From: Candidatus Dojkabacteria bacterium | GTDB taxonomy: Bacteria > Patescibacteriota > Dojkabacteria > B142 > OLB20 | Assembly (NCBI GenBank): GCA_030583785.1 | Contig: CP129475.1 | Location: 978,209 to 1,042,208 of the forward strand | Direction of reading: 5' to 3' | Length of the DNA stretch: 64,000 nucleotides | Shown: piece after piece, positions 10,337 to 19,348 of the stretch | How the letters are laid out: each line of letters opens with the position of its first letter | Numbering within the stretch: the stretch's first letter is position 1 | The notes under the pieces: generated by a model | Seen by the model: only the letters and a program-made list of their open reading frames with translations | Databases searched by the model: none | What the model was told of the DNA's origin: nothing | Position numbers and translations under genes: made by a program

Positions 10337-11169
10337 GAAGCTTTGAGGGTGTTCTCCAGAAGCATTGCGACTCCTAGTGGCCCGATTCCTCCTGGAACAG
10401 CAGTGATCCAAGAACACTTGTTTTGAATATTCTGATGACTGATGTCTCCTTTGGCTTTATTATTAACTATTCTATAGCCTGCATCGATAATTATTACCCC
10501 TTCTTTTACATCACTGTCTGATAGATTAATATCTGATCCAGTTGCAGAGATAATAATATCAGCGTTCTTTGTAAGATTAGAAATTGCTTTAGTATGCGAA
10601 TGAGCAATGGTAACTGTAGCGTTCAAATTCAGAAGCAATGCTGCTAGAGGTTTCCCAAACAGGATGGAACGATTTATAATCACTGTGTTTTTCCCCTTCA
10701 AGTAGTCGTTTAGATTCGAATCATAATATATCGAAATGTATTCAAGTGCCTTGAGAACAGCGAGAGGTGTAGCTGAAGCCAGTGCGTTTATATTATTAAA
10801 GATTCTGCCAAGATTCAGCGGATTAAGTCCATCGACATCCTTTCTTGGATCAATGGCTGCAAGGGCAGAGCTGGCATCTACTCCAACAACTGGGAGCTGC
10901 AGAATAATCCCATGTACGGAAGAGTCTTGATTCAGGCGATTTATACTATCAATGATTTCTGCAATATTGGTTGATGTTCTGATTAACAAAGATTCAATTC
11001 CGCATTGTTTTGCCTTCTCTTGTTTTAGCTTGACATATACTTCGCTGGTAGGGTTTTCACCCGCAAGCACGATACCAAGTTTCGGTTTCTGAGCAAGCAT
11101 TGAAACATGGCTTTTTATACCTTCAAGAATCTGATCTGCAATTTTATTGCCCGGTAATATTTGCATCAC
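10321..11169 (-). CDS. folD: bifunctional methylene-THF dehydrogenase / methenyl-THF cyclohydrolase
   Basis: The N-terminus (ILxGxxIA) and the C-terminus (PGGIGP) match FolD. Convergent with the previous gene and overlaps it. Confidence 0.9.
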   Translation of the reverse strand: MMQILPGNKIADQILEGIKSHVSMLAQKPKLGIVLAGENPTSEVYVKLKQEKAKQCGIESLLIRTSTNIAEIIDSINRLNQDSSVHGIILQLPVVGVDASSALAAIDPRKDVDGLNPLNLGRIFNNINALASATPLAVLKALEYISIYYDSNLNDYLKGKNTVIINRSILFGKPLAALLLNLNATVTIAHSHTKAISNLTKNADIIISATGSDINLSDSDVKEGVIIIDAGYRIVNNKAKGDISHQNIQNKCSWITAVPGGIGPLGVAMLLENTLKASQSTL

Positions 11170-11223
11170 TTATTGCCTGTTGCTAAACTACTACATAATT
11201 AATAGATTATACTCTAAGTAGTA

Positions 11224-12699
11224 ATGAGCAGAAAGTACACTTTCAAACTTGCCCCCAAATTAGCTTTCAATATATATCTCCCTTCAAGTGTTAAGTATGG
11301 TGGAGAGGGCCTTTTGACGATGTTACTGTATTTGCAACCCAGATTCTGGAAGTTTTTCCTCGTTTTCTTGATTCCTGTTTTCTTTGTAACTGGTACTCAA
11401 GATTTTGGTGCATCACACTTGTTGTTCCTTTATGCATTTGTCGTTTTGATTCTGTTTACACAGATTATGCTTAAGCTTCTTGGTAAGGGTGATTTTCTGC
11501 CCACAGTATCTTATGACTTACTATTGTTAACTTACACTAGTGTTATTGCCATTTCATTGTTACTTGCTGTTGTAAATTCACAAAACACATTTGCGCTTTG
11601 GGGCGGAGGTCTGTATAGGATTATTTCCGGATTAAGCATAATAGCTTACTGGTTTCTCTACTATCTAACGAATATTTTTGGACGCCAAGAAGGAATGCTA
11701 AGAAGGAGCATAGAGCTTATCGCAATATCAGCAATGATTGCATTTGTAGTATCTCTTGCTAATGCTTTACTAGAATATCCTTTTCCTCTTGGTGTCGGTA
11801 TATTTCATGGATATGTATTATTGATGCCTGTCTGGCTTTTATTATCCTTATCTTCGGTTAGATTAAACAAGCTATTCTTCGTTAATTTTGTTATTAGCAT
11901 AGTTCTACTAGGTCTTTATCCAGCAATAGAATTTGTGATTGGTTTGCTAGTTGCCTTTTCTGTCTTGTTGCTAATTGAACTTCTTTCAAATAAAGGAAAA
12001 ATAAAGCAACTAACCACAAAATTTTCTAAAGATTTTGACCTATACAGTGATAATCAGATTAAGTTATTTTCTATTCCAAGGCGAAACAAAAGTCTTGTAA
12101 AAATAGTATCTTCCGTAGTTTTTATTGCTCTCTCTCTTCTATGGTTATTGTCAAATCGCACCCTCTTTGTTTTTCCTCTGCTTGAAGCAGGACTGCCGGA
12201 ACTTCAAAAACTCGTATCTGTGCAGCACATTATCTTTGGAAATGGCCTGTTCTCAGAAGCCGGTGGAACAACAGTAACCGAATTAGTTAGATCTTACGGA
12301 TTATTAAGTTTTGTTGTGTTCTTTTCTTTGCTTCTAGTAATTCTTAGAGATCAATTTAAAGTTCTTAAAACAAGCAAGAATGATTACGAGAAAGCACTTT
12401 CAAAATCTGTTCTAACATTTGTTCCCGCAAGTATCGTTGTGTTTGCATTAAGCTGGACAACAGAGCTTCACCTGATAATTTTCTGGATTTGGATTGGTAT
12501 TGCCGGTGTTTTGAAATCGAGAGTTCTCGATAACGAGTTTCTAAAATTTGAACACAAATACATTAATTTGTCCTCAATTAAGAATAAAAATACAAGAAGA
12601 ATTGTTGAAATTGCCAGATTTGTAGCAATTTTGTTAATCATTGTAGCCGTAGGTTATTTCTTTAATCTACTGAATTCGATTCAAGTATTTATCAACTAG
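11224..12699 (+). CDS. polytopic membrane protein, unknown function (possibly a surface-polymer ligase or polymerase)
   Basis: About 12 hydrophobic segments and no soluble domain I can recognise. Confidence 0.5.
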   Translation: MSRKYTFKLAPKLAFNIYLPSSVKYGGEGLLTMLLYLQPRFWKFFLVFLIPVFFVTGTQDFGASHLLFLYAFVVLILFTQIMLKLLGKGDFLPTVSYDLLLLTYTSVIAISLLLAVVNSQNTFALWGGGLYRIISGLSIIAYWFLYYLTNIFGRQEGMLRRSIELIAISAMIAFVVSLANALLEYPFPLGVGIFHGYVLLMPVWLLLSLSSVRLNKLFFVNFVISIVLLGLYPAIEFVIGLLVAFSVLLLIELLSNKGKIKQLTTKFSKDFDLYSDNQIKLFSIPRRNKSLVKIVSSVVFIALSLLWLLSNRTLFVFPLLEAGLPELQKLVSVQHIIFGNGLFSEAGGTTVTELVRSYGLLSFVVFFSLLLVILRDQFKVLKTSKNDYEKALSKSVLTFVPASIVVFALSWTTELHLIIFWIWIGIAGVLKSRVLDNEFLKFEHKYINLSSIKNKNTRRIVEIARFVAILLIIVAVGYFFNLLNSIQVFIN

Positions 12700-12744
12700 T
12701 AGTTAACATCTCTACAGTAAACGGCTACAATATTAAAAAAAGTT

Positions 12745-14691
12745 ATGAAAAGTAAAAAAATTCTAGTAATCGTTCTGTTTTTAATTACTGTTTTAGTTGG
12801 CGTAGCTGCTGTTTATGTAGGCCTTCAATTGCAGGAACAGCCAGATGTTACTCCAGATGATACTAGTGCATTTGGGAGTGGGACAATAATCAATATTTGT
12901 GGAACAAATCCTCCGAGTGGTAACTGGGCTCAGCATGATGCAAATCCTTTATGTCAAGGCTGCTCGAACGGTAGTTGCACGGCACCTGCGGGAGGAAATG
13001 TAAGAGTATTTCGATGTAATCCAGGTGAAGAAGGTTCAGAAAACGGAGGTGTCACCTGTACTAGAAACGAGCAGGTACTTTCAGGTACAGTAAGTTTTAG
13101 TCAGGCATTCAACAACGATTGTCAAATAATTCAAATGGATGTCTTTGGTGATTCTACATATAATCAATTGAGAGACTTTGTGGTATGGAGAGGAAATAGG
13201 TTTGGAAATTGCGGAACACAAGTTACAAACACACCAACCCCGACTCCAACGAGTAGGTTAGCAATATGTGGAGAGTCATGTAATACGAATGCAGATTGTG
13301 CACCTTCAACTGGAGGAGCAAGAGTAATATGTCAGAATAATAGGTGTGTAAATGAGAACTGTCCAAACAATACAACACCAGGAACAATATGTTCATGCGG
13401 AAACACAGCTAGTTGTGGAGAGCCATGCGGAAAGAATACACTTCCACTATGTGGAGATGGAATTAGTGAATGCGGATTTATAGGTTCAGGAGGGATAACA
13501 CAGTGTAGAGAGAGCCAAAGGAATCCGTGGAACCAGTATTGTTTACCAACAAATCCTGCCAATGGTTATACAAGGCAGAGATGTACAACAATAGCTGCAT
13601 GGCACCTATTTGCACCAAACGGACAGGCGGTAACGACACAAGCTCAGGTGAGAGAAGCTTGCGTACCTTATACACCAACTCCTACTCCAAGCACGACAGT
13701 CAGTCCAACGGTAAGTCCAACAGTAACGGTTTCACCGACACCTTCTCCAACGACAACACCAACATTTACTGGTCAACAATGCGGCGATACTTGTACACCT
13801 TCTAACGGCGCAAGTGCATGCCCACAAGATCATACATGTGTTGATCCAAACAATGACAATGTCGGAACTTGTGTGTTAAACCTTTGTGTACAAAACTCGA
13901 ATCTCTGTTACTCAGACGGTTGTACACCAGTTCCAGATTGTGGTGAAGTCTGCGATCCATCGCAGTCAAATGCTTGCTCGGTAGATCATAGTTGCTTACC
14001 TTCGGGTACAAGTAATGTGTGTGTATTAAACCAATGTAACGACAATCCAGCACTTTGCGAAGCAGACAGATGTACTCCAATCGATGCAATTACAGTTACA
14101 AAAGCAGCTGTATCATCTTGTTCGTCTACTGGAGATCAGTTGACAGCAACTTATACAATTCGGGTGACAAATCCTAATCCTTCATCTAGAACAGTTACAG
14201 TAACAGATAACATATCGTTACATGCACCAGGCTCTCAGGTACAGACAAGCTCTATTTCAAATGGTGGAAGTTTATCCGGAACTATTATTACTTGGTCAAA
14301 TCTTTCACTTCCGGCAAGTTCAAGTGTCGATCTAACTTATCAAGTGGTGTATAACAGATCTTCGTTTAATTCTGCCTCAAGAAACATAGTTGTTGTCACC
14401 GAAGGAGGAATCGAGCGAGGCAGAACAGAATATACGCTCGTGCCATTCTGCTTGGCCGGAACTGCACTTATTTCAGATGAGGCGGATAGAATAATCATAG
14501 CTGCACTGCTTATAACTCTTGGTTTTGCAGCATACAGATTCAAAGCACATCAAGCTTTCGGCGAAATCGTCTGGAACGGTGCCTTAGTAAAAATTATTGG
14601 AAAGAACAATCCATTGAGTAGGAAAATACTCGAAGATCAAGCTCAAACTTTCGAATCTGGAGCAATTAGAAAAATTAAATCTGACGAATAA
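12745..14691 (+). CDS. Cys-rich surface protein with Thr/Pro linkers, a C-terminal DUF11-like domain and a C-terminal anchor
   Basis: Signal anchor, more than 60 cysteines, TPTPTP linkers, and a DUF11-like segment (TYTIRVTN..TVTVTD..ITWSNL). C-terminus reads TALISDEADRI, then TM, then RFK. Confidence 0.7.
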   Translation: MKSKKILVIVLFLITVLVGVAAVYVGLQLQEQPDVTPDDTSAFGSGTIINICGTNPPSGNWAQHDANPLCQGCSNGSCTAPAGGNVRVFRCNPGEEGSENGGVTCTRNEQVLSGTVSFSQAFNNDCQIIQMDVFGDSTYNQLRDFVVWRGNRFGNCGTQVTNTPTPTPTSRLAICGESCNTNADCAPSTGGARVICQNNRCVNENCPNNTTPGTICSCGNTASCGEPCGKNTLPLCGDGISECGFIGSGGITQCRESQRNPWNQYCLPTNPANGYTRQRCTTIAAWHLFAPNGQAVTTQAQVREACVPYTPTPTPSTTVSPTVSPTVTVSPTPSPTTTPTFTGQQCGDTCTPSNGASACPQDHTCVDPNNDNVGTCVLNLCVQNSNLCYSDGCTPVPDCGEVCDPSQSNACSVDHSCLPSGTSNVCVLNQCNDNPALCEADRCTPIDAITVTKAAVSSCSSTGDQLTATYTIRVTNPNPSSRTVTVTDNISLHAPGSQVQTSSISNGGSLSGTIITWSNLSLPASSSVDLTYQVVYNRSSFNSASRNIVVVTEGGIERGRTEYTLVPFCLAGTALISDEADRIIIAALLITLGFAAYRFKAHQAFGEIVWNGALVKIIGKNNPLSRKILEDQAQTFESGAIRKIKSDE

Positions 14692-14696
14692 ACACT

Positions 14697-16325
14697 ATGG
14701 ATCCTAAAAGAAAGGCACTATTAATATTTCTCTTTTTAGCCACAGTTGTGGTTGGTGTAGCTGCTGTTTACATAGGCCTACAGCTACAGGATCAGCCAGA
14801 TGTTACTCCAGATGATACTAGTGCAGCACCTGCTGCATGTTGTGAGAATGCCGGTGGTCCTTGTGATGCAGGTACTAGCTGTGGTGGATTTGATTTACAA
14901 CAAGCATGTAATGCAGGAAGAGGCTGGTGTTGGTGTGCACAGACAAATAACAAATGTCCAGAAGATCCTGGACAAACTTTAGAAACTTTTTGCGGAACGA
15001 GTAATTGGGATGGAAATGTTACTTATACATGTCCGAGCGGTCAAGTTATCTCATCAGCTCCAACAGCATTTCGAGATTGTGGAGTTTGCGGTGGTCCAAC
15101 CTCTCCACCAAATACAAACACTCCAACACCAACGCCACGAAAGGCAATATGTGGAGAGTCATGTAATACGAATGCAGATTGTGCACCTTCAACTGGAGGA
15201 GCAAGAGTAATATGTCAGAATAGAAGATGCGTAAATGAGAATTGTCCAAACAATACAACACCAGGAACAATATGTTCATGCGGAAACACAGCTAGTTGTG
15301 GAGAGCCATGCGGAAAGAATACACTTCCACTATGTGGAGACGGAATCAGTGAATGCGGATTTATAGGACCGGGAATAACCCAATGTAGTGAGAGTCAAAG
15401 AAACCCATGGAATCAATATTGTCTACCAAGAAATCCAGCCAATGGATATACAAGGCAGAGATGTACAACAATAGCTGCATGGCACCTATTTGCGCCAAAC
15501 GGACAGGCGGTAACAACACAAGCTCAGGTGAGAGAAGCTTGTGTACCTTATACACCAACTCCTACTCCGACACCAACATATCAGATTGCTGATTGCGGTG
15601 ATCCTTGCGATCCTGCTCAGGGCTCGTCTGCATGCGTTGTTGGACATACTTGTACCGATGTAAATGGAACAAATCAATGTGTTCTTAATCAATGTGTGAC
15701 AAATCCGGCTCTTTGTGAAGCAGACAGATGTAGCCTGTTAAACGAGGTACCATTAACAAAAAGCGCAAGAACAATATGTAGTGATTCAAATACCCCAGCT
15801 AATCAGATTGCAGTGTTTACAATTGTTGCTCAAAATGATCAAGCTGTAGCAAGAACATTCACGATCAGAGATACATTAGACTCAAGAATAACAGATTCAA
15901 TGGTAGTGCAGGCTAGTCTTACAAACGGAGGAACTGTCAGCGGAGGAGTCATTACCTGGCAAAATCTTCAGGTACCGGCAAACGGAACATTGACACTTTC
16001 GTATCAGGTGGCTTTAACTGGTAATCTTACAAACGAGACGCTATCCAATAGTGTTCTGCTGCTTGAGAACGGAGTTGAAAGAGGACAGGACTCAATTCAA
16101 TATACTCCAGGGTTATTACCATGTACTGCACTTATTTCAGATGAGGTAGACAGGATACTGATTGCAGCGGCTTTAATACTGCTTGGGTTTTCAATGTATA
16201 CATTCAAAGTTCATTATCAAATTGGTGATCTACTTAACCCTGAAGGTGCTTACTGGAAGAGCAAGCACAAAGCCAAAGCTGCAAAGTTCGGGGAGAAAAT
16301 AAGCAAAACCATTGACGGTCGATAG
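14697..16325 (+). CDS. Cys-rich surface protein, tandem paralog of the previous gene
   Basis: Same N-terminus and same C-terminus (TALISDEVDRI, TM, K). It shares a near-identical internal cassette of about 145 aa with the upstream paralog. Confidence 0.7.
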   Translation: MDPKRKALLIFLFLATVVVGVAAVYIGLQLQDQPDVTPDDTSAAPAACCENAGGPCDAGTSCGGFDLQQACNAGRGWCWCAQTNNKCPEDPGQTLETFCGTSNWDGNVTYTCPSGQVISSAPTAFRDCGVCGGPTSPPNTNTPTPTPRKAICGESCNTNADCAPSTGGARVICQNRRCVNENCPNNTTPGTICSCGNTASCGEPCGKNTLPLCGDGISECGFIGPGITQCSESQRNPWNQYCLPRNPANGYTRQRCTTIAAWHLFAPNGQAVTTQAQVREACVPYTPTPTPTPTYQIADCGDPCDPAQGSSACVVGHTCTDVNGTNQCVLNQCVTNPALCEADRCSLLNEVPLTKSARTICSDSNTPANQIAVFTIVAQNDQAVARTFTIRDTLDSRITDSMVVQASLTNGGTVSGGVITWQNLQVPANGTLTLSYQVALTGNLTNETLSNSVLLLENGVERGQDSIQYTPGLLPCTALISDEVDRILIAAALILLGFSMYTFKVHYQIGDLLNPEGAYWKSKHKAKAAKFGEKISKTIDGR

Positions 16326-16365
16326 AGTATTGTCCGTAGATTATGGTAAAATTACCTAGCATTTT

Positions 16366-16439
16366 CGGAGCTTAGTTCAGTTGGCTAGAATGCGCGCTTT
16401 GGGAGCGCGAGGTCGCCAGTTCGAGTCTGGCAGCTCCGA
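16366..16439 (+). tRNA. tRNA-Pro (anticodon TGG)
   Basis: Acceptor CGGAGCT pairs with AGCTCCG. Anticodon stem CGCGC/GCGCG with loop TTTGGGA. T-arm GCCAG-TTCGAGT-CTGGC. Confidence 0.85.
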
Positions 16440-16443
16440 TTTA

Positions 16444-17022
16444 TTAATCTATCCGCATCTTCTTCATCTGTTTGTAGAGCTTTGAGGCTTCTTCCGCTTG
16501 TTCATCGTTATAATCTTCCCTTCCAGATCTTAATACTGTTTTTATGATTGTAATGAGTCTTTTTCCTGCTTCGATTAGAATGTTCTTTCTTTCTTGCACA
16601 TCTTTGTTACATTCATCTTTCAATTCGAAAGGGCATTCGAGATCAATATGCTCAGCTAGTAGTATTGCGTCTACTGAACGCATTTGACTTCCAACAAATG
16701 AGATTAGTGCCTCTCGTCTCATTTCTGAAATATTTCTTAATGGCAGTGGTTCTATCTGTTGTTGTCTATGATAATCATCTGCTAAACGATCGATCTCTGC
16801 ATAGTTTATTATCTGATTTAGGGTACTATTAATATCTGGGGATGTTCTGGCCTTAAATAGAATTTCTTGAACTCCTTCAGATGGGATTATTCCGTCATTT
16901 AATTTCCCAAGATAGTAGAATATCGAATCACGAGCTTCGGTTTCAGCGTTGGTATTATCTAATAGGTGTAATGCGCCTCTATAAAGACTACTTATGCAAA
17001 TATTATTATCCTTCTCCAACAT
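16444..17022 (-). CDS. hypothetical protein
   Basis: 192-aa soluble ORF. Its stop lies 4 nt from the 3' end of tRNA-Pro. Confidence 0.5.
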   Translation of the reverse strand: MLEKDNNICISSLYRGALHLLDNTNAETEARDSIFYYLGKLNDGIIPSEGVQEILFKARTSPDINSTLNQIINYAEIDRLADDYHRQQQIEPLPLRNISEMRREALISFVGSQMRSVDAILLAEHIDLECPFELKDECNKDVQERKNILIEAGKRLITIIKTVLRSGREDYNDEQAEEASKLYKQMKKMRID

Positions 17023-17033
17023 TAGGGACTTGT

Positions 17034-18530
17034 TCAGAGGTTAACAACGAGAATGATATCATAGTTACCGGTATTGGCAAAACCAGAGGTGGAACCATTT
17101 ACTGCACGATTGCCAGTAATTTTCTGCAGCGAAGCTAGAGTATAAGGCTTGTCACCGTTTGTGAAATCAAGAATAGTAACTTCATCTTCGGTAAGTATGC
17201 TGGCAGTTTTTGTCTCTTCTTTTAAGATGATAGGAAATTTAGAGTCTACGATTTCAAGGTATTTCTCTGATGAGAACGAAGGTTTTCCTGCAGAGTCTTT
17301 GCTTGTTGAGATTACACCGATTTTGGGTTGCTCTGAATATACTCTAGGATAATTAATTACACCTGAAATGTAATCGTGTACTTTGCAAAAAGGATTTTCA
17401 AGGCATATCCTCCAATCGGTTGGAACCATGTAGTAGGGTCCACCAGGGCGATTATGGGGTTGCTTGTTAATCAAAGCTTCTTTACCTGCAAGCTCAGGGC
17501 TAAGAATTACATTAGAAATTTTGTCATTACCGAGTTGTGGTAGTAGTTGGATAAGTTCGACAATCTCGCCGAAGCTTAATTGACTGAATACTATTCTTTC
17601 TCTAAACACTCCAAACAGATTAAGAATTTTTGTCGGATTTAATAAGGTCCCCGATGATAAGACTCTGTCTTTGACCGCTTGAATAAAAATCTGTTGTCTT
17701 TCTGCTCTTCCCCAATCTTGAGTGAACTGCCTGCTCCGAACAAAACGGATTGCTCTTTCAGCATCCATAAAATGTCTGCCTTTAGGAAAATAAAGACTCT
17801 CCCAGCCGTGGTCATTATAAGGGTAGATCTCATAAAATGCTTTGGGGTTATCAATCCAGAGACCCGTTTTACCGTTATGTTCTTCTCCAACTATTTCGAC
17901 TATCTCGTTAAATGCTTCAAGAGTCACAAAAACATGGTAATGCACCGGTATTCCTGTAACGGATGCAACTGTTGTTTTTAATACTTCTATCCCCCCCTGA
18001 GGACATTTTTTTGTTTCAGCTTTGTCGTAAACCCAATGAATACTTCCATGGAATTTTAGACAATCAATTTCAACATCAACTCCCATGTCTCTGGGGATTG
18101 AGATCATAGTTACATTTTTATCTTTGTGGTTATAAACCACCTGCATGATAGTGTCGGTGTTTCTAGTACCGGACTGGTTTTCTGGTCTTGTATTTACAAA
18201 CACTCCATTTTCTAGTTTTACATTTCTGGAATCAACACCGACAAGAAGCACCGAAGTAAGTCCGTCAGTATGTTCTAGGATTGTAGTGAATGATTCCCCT
18301 TGAACCTGTGGTTGGATCTCGTTCTCCCTGTTGTCTTGAAGTTGATTAGGATCATTGGCGACTGCTCTGAATGTATTTATTTCATCTTGGTTTTTTGCCA
18401 AAATCGATTTGCCAAGAACTATTCCCATGATAATCAAAAGAGGGAATACTATGAGAAGTACTCGCTTAAAGCTAAGTTTTCGTTCTTGAGCAATGGGTTT
18501 TGGGTAGATTGAAGGTTCTAAGACAATCAT
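17034..18530 (-). CDS. LytR-CpsA-Psr (LCP) family cell-wall glycopolymer phosphotransferase
   Basis: N-terminal TM helix, LCP motifs (VLLVGVDSR, DTIMQV, ISIPRD, FVRSR) and a LytR_C-like C-terminal extension. Confidence 0.8.
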   Translation of the reverse strand: MIVLEPSIYPKPIAQERKLSFKRVLLIVFPLLIIMGIVLGKSILAKNQDEINTFRAVANDPNQLQDNRENEIQPQVQGESFTTILEHTDGLTSVLLVGVDSRNVKLENGVFVNTRPENQSGTRNTDTIMQVVYNHKDKNVTMISIPRDMGVDVEIDCLKFHGSIHWVYDKAETKKCPQGGIEVLKTTVASVTGIPVHYHVFVTLEAFNEIVEIVGEEHNGKTGLWIDNPKAFYEIYPYNDHGWESLYFPKGRHFMDAERAIRFVRSRQFTQDWGRAERQQIFIQAVKDRVLSSGTLLNPTKILNLFGVFRERIVFSQLSFGEIVELIQLLPQLGNDKISNVILSPELAGKEALINKQPHNRPGGPYYMVPTDWRICLENPFCKVHDYISGVINYPRVYSEQPKIGVISTSKDSAGKPSFSSEKYLEIVDSKFPIILKEETKTASILTEDEVTILDFTNGDKPYTLASLQKITGNRAVNGSTSGFANTGNYDIILVVNL

Positions 18531-18638
18531 AAAAGTGCAACTTCATCTATAAGCATATAACTAATTGCGATTCTAGTAAAGAGGGCTAATTGCACTCTAG
18601 ATCTTGATGTTGTATAACATATAGTTTTTGATAAGCAG

Positions 18639-19283
18639 ATGGATATATTTATAGATTTTGACAGCACAATATGTTCCAAAGAATCTATGGAGGAACTATT
18701 CTTATGTAGCCATGGATCTAACGCACATGTATTAGAAGAGATTAAGGCGATTACAGAGCAGGGTATGTCCGGTAAGATTAGTTTTGAAGAATCCTTGCAA
18801 AGAAGGTTGTCGCTAATCAACTATGATAGTCAGCTCTTTTCTAGAGTTATTGATATTCTTAAAGAGAATATTGCCGATGGTTTTAGAGAGTTTGTTACAG
18901 AATTTCCAGATATGCAAATAATTTCTGGTGGATTTAAGAATCTTATTGTAGAAGCATTGCGAGACTGTAAAGTGCTTGAGCAGAATATTCATGCTAATGA
19001 GCTCATTATCTCGAATAATAGATTACAAGTTGTAGATTCTGTTCTTGCCAAATCAAATGGTAAATCTAAGTTAGTCTCCCAGCTGAAAAGGGGATCCGAC
19101 ACAATCATTATTGGAGATGGTTATACAGATTATGAAGTTAAACTTCATGGGCAGGCAGATACCTTCATCTATTTTCAAGGATTTGTGTTAAGAAACGAGG
19201 TCAAGGTTAAAGCAGATCACTGCGTAAGTGATTTTTTCGAACTAATTGAGTTACTAAATAGCCTTGAGCATAAGGTTTTCTAG
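18639..19283 (+). CDS. HAD-superfamily phosphatase (phosphoserine-phosphatase-like)
   Basis: Motif I is FIDFDSTI and motif IV is GDGYTD. Confidence 0.7.
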   Translation: MDIFIDFDSTICSKESMEELFLCSHGSNAHVLEEIKAITEQGMSGKISFEESLQRRLSLINYDSQLFSRVIDILKENIADGFREFVTEFPDMQIISGGFKNLIVEALRDCKVLEQNIHANELIISNNRLQVVDSVLAKSNGKSKLVSQLKRGSDTIIIGDGYTDYEVKLHGQADTFIYFQGFVLRNEVKVKADHCVSDFFELIELLNSLEHKVF

Positions 19284-19348
19284 TAGGATTTGGACAGTCC
19301 GATAACTCTGTGTTATTATGGACATTGTAAATAGTTATTATATAAATC

